A stretch of 64,000 bases of DNA from Takakia lepidozioides (lineage: Eukaryota; Plantae; Bryophyta): the NCBI GenBank assembly GCA_030704615.1, contig CM060733.1, positions 74,400,001 through 74,464,000 on the forward strand. Direction: 5' to 3'. This document shows positions 50,704-64,000 of this stretch, piece by piece; position 1 is the first letter of the stretch, and each line of letters opens with the position of its first letter. The position numbers and the translations under genes were made by a program. The notes under the pieces were generated by a model. It searched no databases and was not told the origin of the DNA. It saw nothing but the letters and a program-made list of their open reading frames with translations.

Positions 50704-51445
50704 CTGATAATGTAGAGTTTGCATCAGAGTTATACAAGAGTGGCTCGGATTTGGTACTGAGACAATGCTACTAAAGCATGTTGGTTTGCGCCAATGACAA
50801 ACAGTCACATGATCTGGGCACCTTTTATGGATAAATTGGTGCAGCCTGGCCAACTGAGAAGGAACTTATAGCATGCTATGACCCTCGTTTATGTCGTCTT
50901 TTCTCCCCATGCATTGCAATAACATCCCTGCTTTTCATACAAGTGCACTCATCCCTGAGCGCTGGTCACTTAGGTTATTGAAGTATTATTCCTGGTGCCT
51001 TCACAGACCATACTGAAAGATAGCAATTTTTTGTTTCAAGCTATTCTTTACTTTAAGATCAGTTGAGCTTTTCACCAAGAGGATTTACAATTCGGTATGT
51101 AATTCCTTTTCCATCACAAATGAACAATGTGTGGTAACCTCGATAACATACAGTTTGTCAAGGATAGCAGCGAGCATAAGTTCTCCATGCCAAAAAAAAT
51201 CTCTGCCAATACTTCTTATGTTACACCTCAGTCCACAAAACTCCTTGGGGTGCACTTCAAAACTCAAAACTGCACATGGTGCCTTTGCCCTGTACACTGA
51301 AGTACGAATTGCATCAAGGTCCAGGCCATGCCCAAATCAGAGAGGCCAAGGCAGGCTTGAAAGAGAGCCGGCAATTGAAAGAATCTCCTCATGGAAATCA
51401 AGTCAATTGAGGAGGGTATACCGCAAGTGGTGAGAACAGCCCCAG

Positions 51446-53476
51446 TTATTGAAGATGGTCAGCATCAAACCCGTTTGTTGTGACGGTTTGCTTAGGCTGG
51501 CCTAACCAGATGTAGTACGGTACCTTAAGCAGTGGCACGTATGGAATATGCCCAGTCCGGTTCTCTTCATATACTGCACATCACAAACTTGGGTCTTTAT
51601 AAAGCCTGATAAAGAGTACTCCCCCAGAAATGAAACGCTACTTGCAGGAGTACAAACTAAATCAAACTGGGATGAAAAGGATGTACACATAAATGGTATA
51701 GATGGTCTTATAAATAGTGGAAATCCTACCTTCTCTTGCTCTCTATAAGCATAAATGTTTGTCTGTTTACAAGGTACAAAGCACGGAACAGAGGCTTACC
51801 TCTGGATAACAGAGTAAATCTTGTGGGACATACCTCTCTCAACCAGGTGGTCAAGGAACAATCTACGTTCAGACCCTAGGTCAATATTATCAAGATCAAA
51901 AATGCATCTCCAAAACCAGCGAGTGAAGTAGCCGTGCTGCCGAGCAGCTAAGTCATATTTTGCAGAAGTGTAGAAGTCAGCCACACCAAGAATGCCAAAT
52001 GCTGGATCCAGATAGGATATTGCTTTGTCCACCGCAGCCATGAATGGAGGAATCACTGTCATGTATTGGCATTGAAGTTAAGAATTTTTTTTCACAGGGC
52101 TTACCATAAATAATGCATTCCAGTTCCCGGTGTTTGCTTGAATATTCCCATATTATTCTCCCTAACAATGATAAATGCTCCAAGGCTATCTCTTCTGAAC
52201 TCCCAGTAAGTTGTGACACCCTGGACCTTATCATTAGGATTGCTTTGTACACCAAAGACATTCTCACCCATCATACAAGAACATGAAGAAATTAATCCCC
52301 CTCGCAATAGAACATGACAGAGAATTCACTTACTCGAAAGCGAATAGGAGAAAGTAACGAGTGTAGCAGGTGTTGATTCAGGTTCGTAATCACAGACATC
52401 AGCCTCTACAACTTCCACATTGTTCCACCCCTGTTGTTCAACCTTCTTTCGTGCAACATCGCAGAGAGGGCCACAAATGTCGACAACATATATCTTTCGA
52501 AATAGCGAGAGGTCAAATAAATGAGCCATGGTTTCAACATTTTGTCCTGTACCCCCCCCCAGGTCAACCCACACCAATCCTCCTTGATCACGCAGTGCTT
52601 CCATCTTTTGAGCACATGCTCTGAGCAATCCCTCTCTCCCATGTAGGAATCTGGCTCGAAAATGGTCATCTGCAACCAGTTTAGTACAAAAGTTTATAGA
52701 CAGAAAATCACCAACAACCCCTCGTTTTATCTCAATTTTAAGAAATCTTGAACAGTCATCTGTGTCTTGCAAATCAGATCTAGTCCACAAACTCTCGACC
52801 ACATCGGACCATTAGGAAGAAGCAACAAACGTGAAGAGACGGCCTAAGATATGTATCCAGGTGTCTCTTGTCTTCTCCTCTTGACCAGACAAACTAAGGC
52901 ATTGGTCGCCAGTTACAAGTTCCGTCAAGTTGATTCCGAGCTCCACTGAGCAAACTACCCGCTGATAGTGTACCTCCTCTGCATCTCAACAGTCCCATAG
53001 ACCTAAAACTTATGGCATGCTTCAGAGACATTCTCAGAAATTTCAACAAGAAAAGCGCTACTCTTTTGTTGCAAACTACACGTATTTGGAATGGGAACTT
53101 GAACGACTACGTAAAATGATCAGGCTACCGTGGAGTGATATACCAAACAATTTCCACGAAGTCCCTCAGGTGTTGTTGAGCATCTGCAGCAATATCAGTA
53201 CTAAAAACACTTTGAATCTCCATATGACGGACAGAGCGTCTGAAACCTTAGTAAACTAATATAGACATTTTCTTTCTGGCATAAGACATTCAAGTGACCG
53301 ATATGGGAGATAACAGACGAGACACGGGAGGAAGGCAGGGGGTGTTACTTACACGCATGAGCTTGTGGACCATAGAAACATTCAAGGCGTTCCTTGTGAG
53401 TATCACCAACTATTTTCGAGAGCCACATGGTGCGTAGAACCTGGAACTCACTGCAAACATTTCGCACATACTCCAT
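51446..53476 (-). CDS. Betaine lipid (DGTS) synthesis N-methyltransferase, BtaB-like half of BTA1, four exons
   Basis: HKERLECFYGPQAHA|YDHFRARFLHGR..VWVDLGGGTGQNV..IYVVDICGPLC..TLVTFSYSLS|MIPPF..GVADFY..FWRCIFDLDNIDLGSERR..|VYEENRTGHIPYVPLLKVPYYIWLG..HLQ*. Intron phases are compatible; closely resembles the N-terminal domain of green-algal BTA1. Confidence 0.88.
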
Positions 53477-54099
53477 CCTTATCCTCAGCTCAGATCGCCA
53501 GCCTGACACTACCGGAAACACTCTGCGAAAACCAAACATGCCAATGCAAACACCACGACGCAGAATCTAGAGTACTGCTGCTGCTGTCGTGAGACAAAGA
53601 AGGAATGCGGCGAATCAACTGTGATAGGAAAGATATAGGGTGCCAGCGGTGGGCCCACCTACGTCAATTTTTTCTTTCTTTTTTTGGCCCTGCCTTCTCA
53701 AGGCAGGACTACGCAAAGGGTTCAGCCCGGCCGCTTTTGACGAATTGCCGCTTTTCTTTCTCTTTTTTTTTCTACTATTTACTCTTCCAATTCGATCGAG
53801 ACAGTTGCCACCAGAATATTCTGTTCATATTTGTAACACTTTCATGTAGGTCTGGAGTTCAACTTCTTGAGCATGCCATAAATGAGGATATTACCCTGCG
53901 TGCCACCCGGGTGATTCAGGGCTCAAATCTTGTTACCGCGATATTTATTAATAGACACCGTGTGATCTTCCAGATTTTTACTATCTATTCGTAATTGCTA
54001 GAGGCCAGGGCTTGCATGAATTGCATGCATTTATTTTCTTTCTTTTTTGTTTTCCAAGGATTTTTTATTTTTTTTTAAGGGGACATAGGCCTTTGAGGA

Positions 54100-55567
54100 T
54101 TCCACCTTCAACATTATTCCCCTTCTTGGATGAACGGAGGATGAGTATTGGATAAGTAATGAGGATGAGCTAGAAGAGCTTAGCTTAACTTATAGAACTT
54201 TGTCCTATTACAACAACTAGCTTAGGATGAGATTAGGATTGTCATTAGTGACTTGGTATCTTTCAGTGGTAGAGGTGGAATAGGATCTCGCAATCCAATA
54301 GAAAGGAAAAGCCAGAGATATCTTTGAAGCCAGCATTAAGGCCAAAGGTGAGCTGAGTTGGGATGTGGCTCGTAAATTGGCTCACAAGGTATTTCGTGTT
54401 GATGAGCCGATTGATTATACTATCCTAGATATAACTTACAAAGAAGGTGAGAGTGTTTAGGAATATTATACCGATGTTCGTACGGCAATCTACAAGGCTA
54501 TAAGTTTGTCTGCTGAAAGAGGTGCAATTCTAAAGATGCGTTTCAGCAGAAGGCTACCCCCGGCCGAAAAGGTTTTCTTATATAAGCACCCTTACAAGAC
54601 AAAGGAGGAAATGGTTGATCTTGTGGAGGAAAGACTAAGGCTTAAGGCTGCCAAGGCCGGGCTGACCAAGAAAGAGACCCACCATGTTTGCTTGAGTGAC
54701 TGTAAGAGCCCGAAATGTACTAATGGGGGGCTGGGCCTGAGGTTGTCTACAGAAGATGTAGTGCCCACAGTCGTTCATGAAATCCGAACTATCAAAAAGG
54801 ACTTGCAGGAACAACTGCTGGCCCTGAAAGCTGAGGTGAATTGGCAAACCAAAAGGAAAGATGTGGCCTCTACAGGCACTCATCGGGGGACTACCAACAC
54901 TGGCTCTGGGTATGAGGTAAAAGGGGGCAATATGCATGTGTGCCTCATTTATAAATCAACCAAGCATTATACTCGTTTCTGTCTCTATCAGTCCTGTCTG
55001 CTGGACGTGCAGATCTTGAACGGTTTGAAAAGGAAAGAAAAACTAAGGAGGGTTTAAAAACAGCAGCGATCATCCGTGAGGGCCTTGGGCGATCGGCAGA
55101 GTAAAGGTCCTAAGCTTGAGAACTGTCTTGTCAATGTTGTGTTGTCACAAGAGTTCAAGCTTATGCATTGTGAGTCCTTCAAGCGTCATGAAAGACAACG
55201 CATACATCCACTGGTGACACAATGCCATGTCGGCCACATGTCATTCATTTGTGTTGTGGATATTGGGTATATGATTTCAGCAATTCCGCTCTCCATTGTG
55301 TGTGTTCTAGGCCTTAAGATCTCTCCTACAAGGCTAGAGGTAACCATTGCTGATGGCACTGCCTATGAGCCACTTGGGCTAGTCACACTACCTGTCAGAG
55401 TCAATGGTAAGTCAGTAGTGCTAACATGTATAGTCACATTGGGGGAACAATTGCTACTTAGATTGTACTGGATGAAAGGTGTTGTTGCCAGCATAGATGT
55501 GGTAGAAAATGTAGGTGAAGGGGCACCATACAAGGTGAGTCTCAATTCAGGAGAAGGTGGAAAATAA
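54100..55567 (+). mobile_element. Gypsy-like gag and aspartic protease remnant
   Basis: Degenerate knuckle CLIYKSTKHYTRFC and protease CVVDIGYMISAIP..LGL..VTIADG..LG; many stops. Confidence 0.65.
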
Positions 55568-55639
55568 GAAAGACAACAGAAACAGCTTTGCCTAGTGACA
55601 ATCACCACCCCCTTGGCAATGGTAGCACCAGTAAGTCAT

Positions 55640-56030
55640 TCAGCCAGCATCAAACTGAAGGAGATCCCAGCTGCTAAGAATGTCAGCTGGTTGCGAAGGC
55701 CCATCAAGTAAATGAAACGGCACTTGAGCATCAGCCAAATCGCAGGGTGCACTGGTGGAGACAGTTGAGAAAAAAGTCACGGTTAATAAATCATCCAAGG
55801 TCAGATAAGAATCAGGAGGCTTGGATTCAGCTTGTATCAATGCATCAGCATTGATATTATCCTTGTTACGCTTGTAGGTGATAGTATAATCAAAAGCTTG
55901 AAGTAGAAGAGCCCACCGAGCCAATCTGCCTGTCAATTCCCTGGGAGTCAACAGTGTCTTTAAAGGTAAATGATCAGTTTTTACCACAAATGGACAGCCA
56001 TGAAGGTATTGACAAAACACTTCACCCCAA
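55640..56030 (-). mobile_element. Ty3/Gypsy RNase H remnant
   Basis: YLHGCPFVVKTDHLPLK.LL...LTGRLARWALLLQAFDYTITYK....NINADAL. Confidence 0.85.
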
Positions 56031-56786
56031 ACACTATTGCCAAGGGGGAATGCTAAAACGTGAGCCTGGGCATGCTCACTATCTGGCATGCGATTTCTCG
56101 GACTCATAACCGTAAACTGGCACCTATCACCCGTGACGGACACCTATTTCTGTGAACATGCGCATATTATGACAGGGCTACCCTCACTTTTTCCAGTAAT
56201 AGTGCACAGAATTATGAACAAAACACAGTACTCCATAAGGTAGTGCTATGAAGGTCGTCAACGATTGTGGTTTCCAGCACCTACAAATACTATGACATGT
56301 TGGCATAAGTTTTTTTGTTTTTTTTTTTCGGCCTGTCCATTTGCCTCGATTGTTAACGATCAAGGATGGCCTCATGCAGCTAAGGCAATAAATAGATAAA
56401 AATAGATTTATTTTTATTTTTTGCTATACGTCCATTTGCCTCGATAACGATTGTGGATGGCCTCATGCAGCTAAAGAAAAATAAATATATAATTCTATCT
56501 TTGCTTTATATATGTCAAAAAAAAAACCATTTTTTTAATAAAATTTAGCCTTATAAGAGGGAGACGGGAAAGAGTTTAAATTCGAACACGTGGCCTAAGG
56601 GGCAAAGCACTCCGCTTTGCATGTACTGCAATAGCGGGTGTTATCATGCAAAAAGACAAACTGGGCCGTAGAAGTACCTACCCGGTACAGTAGCCAAAAT
56701 TAATTGCGGGCCCATTAATGCATCCAGAGAGCAGGTAACAGGGCGTAAAGCATGAAAGTATGATTGGCACAAAAAGGAACAGGTAA

Positions 56787-59573
56787 ATGAGTATCCCCCT
56801 TTGTTGTACACGTAAAGAGTTCCTACAGCTATTCCAAAACAAGCCTTCTTGTTTGTCTGGGATGAAGAGAATTAGGGGAATGGAGGATATCAGGGTGAAG
56901 AGCACCACGATTCTACAGAAGCAAACAATTGCTATACCACAGGCAGTACAGCTGCTGAAGGAGTTGCGATTGGAAGGGCTGCTATGCAAAGAATGGTCCT
57001 TGCATCATCAGAGGTACATGATTCAATTCATTCAGAACTTTGAGCCTCGGACATGAGTTACACAGGTGAGGGGAGTAGATATAGAGATTACTCCCCAGTA
57101 CTTGCAGCAATTGTTTGAATTGCCATCGGGCCATGTGAATGTGGATGAGCACAAGGCAAGATTGCAAATAGGGGACTTGTTCCAAGAAACGAGTTTCTTT
57201 AAGACCCAGGGATACACCTGCACCAAGGCCGAGTACCCAGGTTTTAAGGGAAGTAGGCCAAATACTGAACGTTCTGTTTGCCATGAAACAAAACCAACAA
57301 TATCTTAGCAGGTCTTTCACGGAGGAAGTACTGAAAGCCTTGAGGGGAGAGGATGTGGCTTGGGCGGAGTTGATGCACAACGGTCTGGTGGAAGAGATGA
57401 AGCGGTGAAGCGGTTACAAATACTACTGCTAAGTCCCCGATCATTGTGTCTGGCCCAATAATTGCGCAAATTATCCTTGACTCATGTGTTGCTTGATGCG
57501 TGGGAACGCAAGGAGATGGGAGTGTTTGAGACAGTCACAACTGCAATTGAGGAGCAGGGCTCTTCACAAGGTGAAGGGGGATTGGAGGGGCAGCACCAGT
57601 CCAAGAGACAGAAGCGGGATGTGACGGTAGTGGCAGATCCACTAGCTACAAGGAAACCACCAGATGATGTTTCCATAGCTCTTGTGCAGGATGGGGAACA
57701 GCAGCACAAAGGGCTGTTATTGCTGGAAGCATGGCCTTTGGAGAGGGAGGAAGAAGTCACTTCAGTACCATAGCCATCACAACCAGTTGACTCAGTTGCC
57801 CCAGAGGTAACTCGGATAGTACATACTGTTACACTAGAGCCTATTGTTGTGGAAGGAGAAGGGTTGGACATCCCCACTACAGAGCAGGTAGTGGCAGAAA
57901 TTGAGAAGGGTGACCTTCTCTATGAAAACTCTGGCATGGTCGGAGAACCAGTAGCACCAAAGATACAGGGTCTGACCAAAGGAATTCCTACTGTGCCAGT
58001 CATGCCCAAACCTGTGGAGGAGGTTCAAGGGGTAGAGTGCAAAGGCACTACAGCACCTGTGGAGGATCAGGTTGCTCAAGGGGAAGAATTTGTAGGATCC
58101 TGGCCTGACTGGTTTGTGAAACATCAAACTGTGGAGGATCAGGGAGAACAGCAACAAGTTCTTCATGAAGACCCACAGCAGGCCATGCTTATGAGTTCCA
58201 TAAGTAGGACTCTCAACCTGTTGGGCACTTATGGCACTTATGTTAAATCCCATGTTCCTTCCACACAACTGGCAGCATTGAGGGAGGAGCTCAAGCAAGA
58301 GTTTGAGGCAAGAATTGCCACTGAGTGTGCAAATAAGGTGGATGTGGAGGCCAACCATAAGTTCCAGAAAGTGTTGGAGGACGCTCAGTCTGCCCTACAG
58401 CTTGCAAAGGAAACCTGATTGAAGCAGGTTTGGAGCAGGAGAAGTTGCATGAAGTGCACAAGCAGCAGTTATACCAGTTGCAAGTGAAGCATGAGGGCAA
58501 ACTACAGGAAGTGAAGTTGCTTCATACAGAGTTGGAGGCAGTTCATCAGAGAATGACCATCCAATGTGCCTCACTAACAACTACTCTGGAGCAAACTGCA
58601 TTAGAAGTTAACAAACAAGCAGAGAGATGTATGATGATGGAGGCTGAGACAGTGGAGCAAGGGAAACTCATTGCTGACTTGAAAGCTACTATCCGTTGCA
58701 ATGAGGATACCTTCCAACAGTACAGTCAGGTTGAGGCTGAGAAGGACAGGTACATCCTTGAGTTGCAGCAAACACTCACATCACGAAAGAATGAGCTTTC
58801 TGTGACTACTAAGGCTTGGAAGCAAGCTAATAATCTGACTGCTGCCTATGCAGCCTTGGTTGAACCTCATGCGAAGCACATGGAGGCTTTACAGCAGCAG
58901 TTATATATGTACAGACTCAAGGAGGAGCAGGCTATCAGGGGTGCTACACAGGACTTGGTGGATAATCATCTTATACAAGTGTGGTTAACACAAGGGCCGG
59001 TAGAAGGGAAGGCACCAAGATCTCAGGCTGCAGGTGCAGAACATTGTCACAACCACTATAGACAATGTCTATAGTAGAATAGCTGAGTTGCAGGATGATG
59101 TGGAAGGGCTGCAGACTCAAGTGGATGACTTGAGTTCCAACATTGACAAAAGAGTCTTTGTTCCTGAGGAGCAGCTAGTGGCTATTTATTTGCATGCGAG
59201 GACTCTGATTTTCCAATCTTCATTACAGGAGGTGCAGGACTTGCCAGCAATATGAGGGACAGTGGCGGCCATATCACAACAACCACAGCAGGTCGACACT
59301 ATTGATACTATGGCCCTGCAACAATCTGAGGTTTGGGGGGATGCTGCTTTTAACCCACCTAAGACTCCTGCTGCACTTGAGTACAATCGGGCTATGATTA
59401 TGCCCTTCAACCAAATTCTCATTGTGATGGATTTGGCTTGGAAGGAATTCAGTCCTCCAGAGTCGTTGGCACACTATTACCAGATCATGCACATTTGGTT
59501 GCCAGTGGCAACTCGGACTAAGGTTCTTTCGACCAACCGACCCATTGAGGATCACCATTTTGCAAGGTACTAG
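56787..59573 (+). pseudogene. Long interrupted Q/E-rich coiled-coil ORF, probably a retrotransposon accessory ORF
   Basis: Chain of ORFs (56787, 57066, 57462, 57849, 58430, 59034, 59262) broken by stops or frameshifts, with no introns evident, among Gypsy remnants. Confidence 0.45.
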
Positions 59574-62039
59574 TCTGAGGCAGGCACTATGCAGAAGGAG
59601 TTACAGCCCGACACAGTTTGACACAGCCAGTCACAGCCCGACACAACTTGGCACAGCCTGTCACAACATATATAGGGAACGATTATCATTGACAGGGAAT
59701 GACTGTGTGGGAACAACATCTGCAGAGGGAACGTGCTTACTTCTTGGGTGACAGCTAGTTAGTTAAGTGGTTAGAACAGCTTGCAGATAAATTAGGCAGA
59801 GTAGCAACATGGAGGACACTTTGGGGGAAGAGCACTTCTTGGTCATGAGGAGAGGAGATCAGGGCGGAGGGGAATCAGGCGGAGAGCACGAACGGGAGCA
59901 AGGATGGAGAGCACGGTGAAAGAGGAGAGACGATCTGTAGATGTTTGATACATGCAATTAGCTGTAGGGTGATACTGTAGAGCAGATTAGAGACACCATG
60001 GCTTCGGCCTGTTACTTGATATAACTTAATCTGATACATATTCCATACTCACATTGTGTAGAGAGACCTGAGGGAAGTTGTGGAATGAATGGAAGAGTGA
60101 ATGGAACCTGGTGGATTGCTGAAGCAATCAAATACTTAAATATAATAGTAAGGTAATTTGCTGACATGAAGACAAGGAATACAAACAAGAAGCACTTCCA
60201 TGATACACTAGTTGTAGGTCATGACTGATTGTTCTGAGTGGGCTGATTGTTTAGAGATATCCAACTCTTGTATCTTGGAGTTTCCACCTCGGATAGCGAA
60301 GGGATGGGTGAGTAAAAGCCGCTCGACACGCCTCCATTCCCTTTGTTGCAATCTCTATATTATTTGCAAAGCAAACCATTCTCATTTGATTTGTTAACAT
60401 AAGTATATATGTATGTGTGATGCAGTGATGGGATTGTGCGGACCATCTACGACAGTCTATCCCAAAGTCATCTTTCATCATTTTATCTACCTTCGTATGC
60501 TGAGTCCCAAGCTTTGCATTCAATACATCAATAACGTGATGTAGGTCTTTCCAATGATATGTTGTTTGACCGAAGAGCAGCTACTGTTGGACAATCCGTG
60601 GATAGGTTGCGTAGAGTTGAGGCTTTCATGGTTGTGTATGCCTCTGAATCACAGGCTTATGACACGGATGATGAAATATCAGCTGATGATGTTATGTAGG
60701 TAATTAGAAATTACATATACAATACATTGTCCTCATTGTCAGTCCGAATTTTTGGTTATTTTTTATGATACATGTCTTTCTCTCGAGTGTAAGGTAAAAC
60801 AAATGGGACAAATGACATGGTGTTGAAATCAGATTTCATGTTATCTTCCTATCATTTGATTTATCTATGTAATAGTTTGTACATAGATCTCTACTGCATT
60901 TCATAGATACCTTTACTGGAATGCAAGTTCGACATGCACTTCAGCACTATCAAATTTCATCATATTAGTAAGATCAACCCTTGTGAGTATTGTGACATGT
61001 TATGTACACACAGATTGACTATCTTTATCTCATTAGTATTTCATTTCATTAGTGTTTCAAGTCTGAATGGGTAGTATAGCGGTATGAACTAGGCTTGATA
61101 CCCGATAGGTTTGTGGTTTCTCATCTCTGGTGGACATTATGTTTTTGTAAAATAAAAATGTTTCAAAAGATAGATATATAGATACTGCAAAACCTATGTA
61201 ACAAGATTAAATGGGTGGTGGTTTGGTAAGGATTATGTTTTTTTAAGTTATGAGATTGCGGGTTCGATTACCAATCAATAGTCTTTTTTGTAAAATTGAA
61301 TTCCCTTGCAGGCCATCGCCATTTACTACCCAAATGCACAGGCGGACCATCTCCATCACATTGTCAAGCTCCCTAGCTTTCCTTGAGCATTGCTCCATTT
61401 TGAACTTCAAACTAGACTCCCACTATTGGAAGAGCCCGTACCTTCACCATTTGTATCTAACAAGGAGCCGTGCCTCGTCACTTTTTAATTTTTCGACCTT
61501 TTTTCTCATGTTGGAAAGCCACAAAAGCAACATGTTCCTCTCCCATTCCTACACTCACCCATGTGGAATAATAATACAATGAATACGGAATATTCTATAT
61601 AGAATATTTGTATTCCATCCTTTGATATTTTGACTATGGACCCTAAGATTAGATGAATCACAATTTTTTTGTTTTTTGGGTACCCTTATTTAAGTGTTGT
61701 GCATATAAAATTGTTCTTATGCATATTTGTATGCACGTATACATTCCTCCATATGCATGCATTTGTGTGCGCATATAGTATAGGCTACCTTGTTGCCTTG
61801 TAGTGCGGGCTAACGCATAGGCTACGTGCTTCCGTTCACGTACTATAATCGTGTAGCCTCGGGACGAAATCGTAGTGCGGCTTTGGCGTGTTCCCATACC
61901 TTAGGCCAGCATTCCATTGTAGTGATTGGGGCGCACGTTTGGTTCAAGGTTATCTTCCTAGTAAAAAAGGGTTGCTCAAGATGAACCCTTGCTCAAGGCG
62001 ATGCCAAAAAATGGCATCATGAGCGGTCGCAAGCAAAGT

Positions 62040-64000
62040 TGTTGTAGTAGCGATTCGATCCTCGGGGAGGATCGTTCCTTGGCCTTGAAGTGGGCCAAGA
62101 AGAGTGCACTAGGTGGAGCTTGAGAGGCTCCACCCTGGGCCGGGACTTGGAGGAAGTCGGCCGAACTAGCTAGTGGAGAGTAGAGTCAAGTGAGGGTTTG
62201 GTTCCTTGCCATGGGACGCCATGGTACGGAAACAAACTCTTTGATGTGGGACGCCACAACTTGGATGTTAGTTTCCACAAAAAGGGACAAGTCGATGAGG
62301 ACATCGACTCCTCATTGGTAGGGGTGTGTGTCGTGGCCCTTTGCCTTGAGGGCGGGGGTCGGGACACAAGAGGGGCTGCCCCTGTGGTGGGGGCAATGGC
62401 AGCAAATAGGAAAGGGGGCTGAAGCACCCTTGAGTGCCGAAGGCACTCAAGGAGGCGGTGGCGCTCACTAGTGGAGCCCCACAAACCGGGTGGCGGTGGT
62501 GGGGCTCCACGGGGTGGTGGTAGCGTAGGGAGTCATAGTGGGGGTGGCATAGGACTCACCATGAGGCTGAGGCCTTGTGGTGGGAGTCGTGGGGAGTCTT
62601 GGGACTCACCACGGTCCGTTGGGGTCGTGGTGGGTGGGCCAAGACTCACCGCGGCTCACCACTAGGACGATCGAGGGTCTGAGTGGTGGTGCACCAGATT
62701 TGGACTTGGCTACTTGTGGAACCCCCGCGGACACCTACAGAAGTATATATAGGGAGTAGTAACCCCGAAAACGGTGCAAGCCCGTTGGTGATAAAAAACT
62801 AGTGAGTAAGCGTGCGAGCCGGAAAACGACCAAGGTGTGGGGAGCTGTTCCGGACTGCCATCTACCAAAGGGAATTTCCACCGAGCCCGACAGGTCAAGG
62901 GTCGAGTGGGAGTGTGAGGGGGACCATTATGCCTTGGTGAGCAGCCGAAGCTCCGAGTTGGCCCGACGGCCGGTTTGGGAGTTAGGCGTGCGCATCAAAG
63001 CGAGTAACTATGATTTGAAGGGGAGTTTATCGAAGTGAGGTGCGCGACAGAAAGCCGATGATCCTCATGAGCCCGGTGAGGGCGACGCGTCACCGGAGTG
63101 ACAACTGGACGAGGCAATTTATGCTTCTGAAAGCGAGGCCGCTCGAGAGCGGGAGGAATCTGAGGAGCAGGAGCTCGAGGACTTCCCAAAGGCTTCGCCA
63201 GACCAACAGATGCCTCCAATGCCTGCAGCTTTGGGAAGGGCTTTTGGCGCAGTTTGGCGGGACACTGAAGGACATGATGAAAGCGGCCAACGCCACTTCC
63301 ACTAAGGCAAAGTTTAAGGTGAAGCCTAAGGAACCAGGCACCTTCGAGGGCATCCAAAATCAGAAGGCACTCAATACCTAGCTCCTAGAGCTAGAGCAGT
63401 ACTTCCGGGCGGCCAAGTTGAGTGACGAGGATCGGGTGGAAGTGGCACCTTCTGTAGATGTCCACGGGGGTTCCACAAGTAGCCAAGTCCAAATCTGGTG
63501 CACCACCACTTAGACCCTCAATCGTCCTAGTGGTGAGCCGCGGTGAGTCTTGGCCCACCTACCATGGCCCCAATGGACCGTGGTGAGTCCCAAGACTCCC
63601 CACGACTCCCACCACAAGGCCTCAGCCTCATGGTGAGTCATATGCCACCCCCACTACGACTCCCTACACTACCACCACCCCTCGTGCCGCCTCCACCACC
63701 GCCACCCGGTTTGCGGGGCTCCACCTAGTGAGCGCCACCGCCTCCTTGAGTGCCGAAGGCACTCAAGGGTGTTTCAGCCCCCTTTCCTATTTGCTGCCAT
63801 TGCCCCCACCACAGGGGTAGCCCCTCTTGTGTCCCGACCCCCCACCCTCAAGGCAAAGGGCCGCGACACTTTCGGGCCGTTCCGCTTTCGCTTGGTCTTG
63901 CCCGACACCATGGTAGGGCCGATCTCAAAGGCGATTACGTACTGAAATCTAAGCTCTGATACCAAGTGTCGCGTACTTCACTTTGGTAACTCCTCCTTTA
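62040..64000 (-). mobile_element. Rearranged LTR retrotransposon: LTR edge (63967 onward), tRNA-iMet PBS, duplicated inverted leader and gag start
   Basis: TGGTATCAGAGC on the minus strand at 63953-63964, next to an LTR end ..CA at 63967. Gag-like KPKEPGTFEG..LNT*LLELEQYFRAAKLSDEDRV at ~63320-63445 (+). Inverted arms at ~62327-62743 and ~63449-63870. Confidence 0.8.
63953..63964 (-). promoter_or_regulatory. Primer binding site complementary to initiator tRNA-Met
   Basis: TGGTATCAGAGC, two bases inside the LTR boundary. Confidence 0.88.

Noticed and set aside
60251-60650. CACTA TnpD C-terminal remnant
   Set aside because: The resemblance is too faint to support without a profile search.

Overview
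Eukaryotic nuclear DNA from a plant, probably a non-seed land plant (it has a betaine-lipid BtaB gene, PLS-type PPR fragments and spliceosomal introns). It is mostly transposon-derived, with three apparently intact host genes on the minus strand: TCP1/CCT-alpha (30515-36398), an NF-YB (46967-49498) and a stand-alone BtaB-type methyltransferase (51446-53476). The main feature is a 21-kb Mutator-like element (6910-27959; 9-bp TSD CCATTAGGA; short degenerate termini). It carries a MULE DDE/SWIM transposase, a RING-H2 cargo gene, and a divergently oriented spliced gene (~1,076 aa reconstructed) fusing a ParB/Srx-like domain to a prokaryotic-type beta-class N4C/N6A DNA methyltransferase fold. About 50 copies of a 16-bp palindrome (TAGTCG-N4-CGACTA) lie in its introns and other non-coding parts; I found none in its exons or outside it. 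This suggests a self-recognition or epigenetic marking system, analogous to VANDAL/VANC but built from ParB and methylase parts (inference). This copy carries stops and frameshifts. Also present: two non-autonomous CACTA copies carrying OSB PDF-motif exons and PPR fragments, a 30-bp-palindrome array with a tRNA-like insertion, a 6.6-kb inversion that splits both a TYW1 exon and a gag remnant, a hAT MITE, and CACTA and Gypsy remnants. All calls come from reading the sequence by eye; no searches were run.
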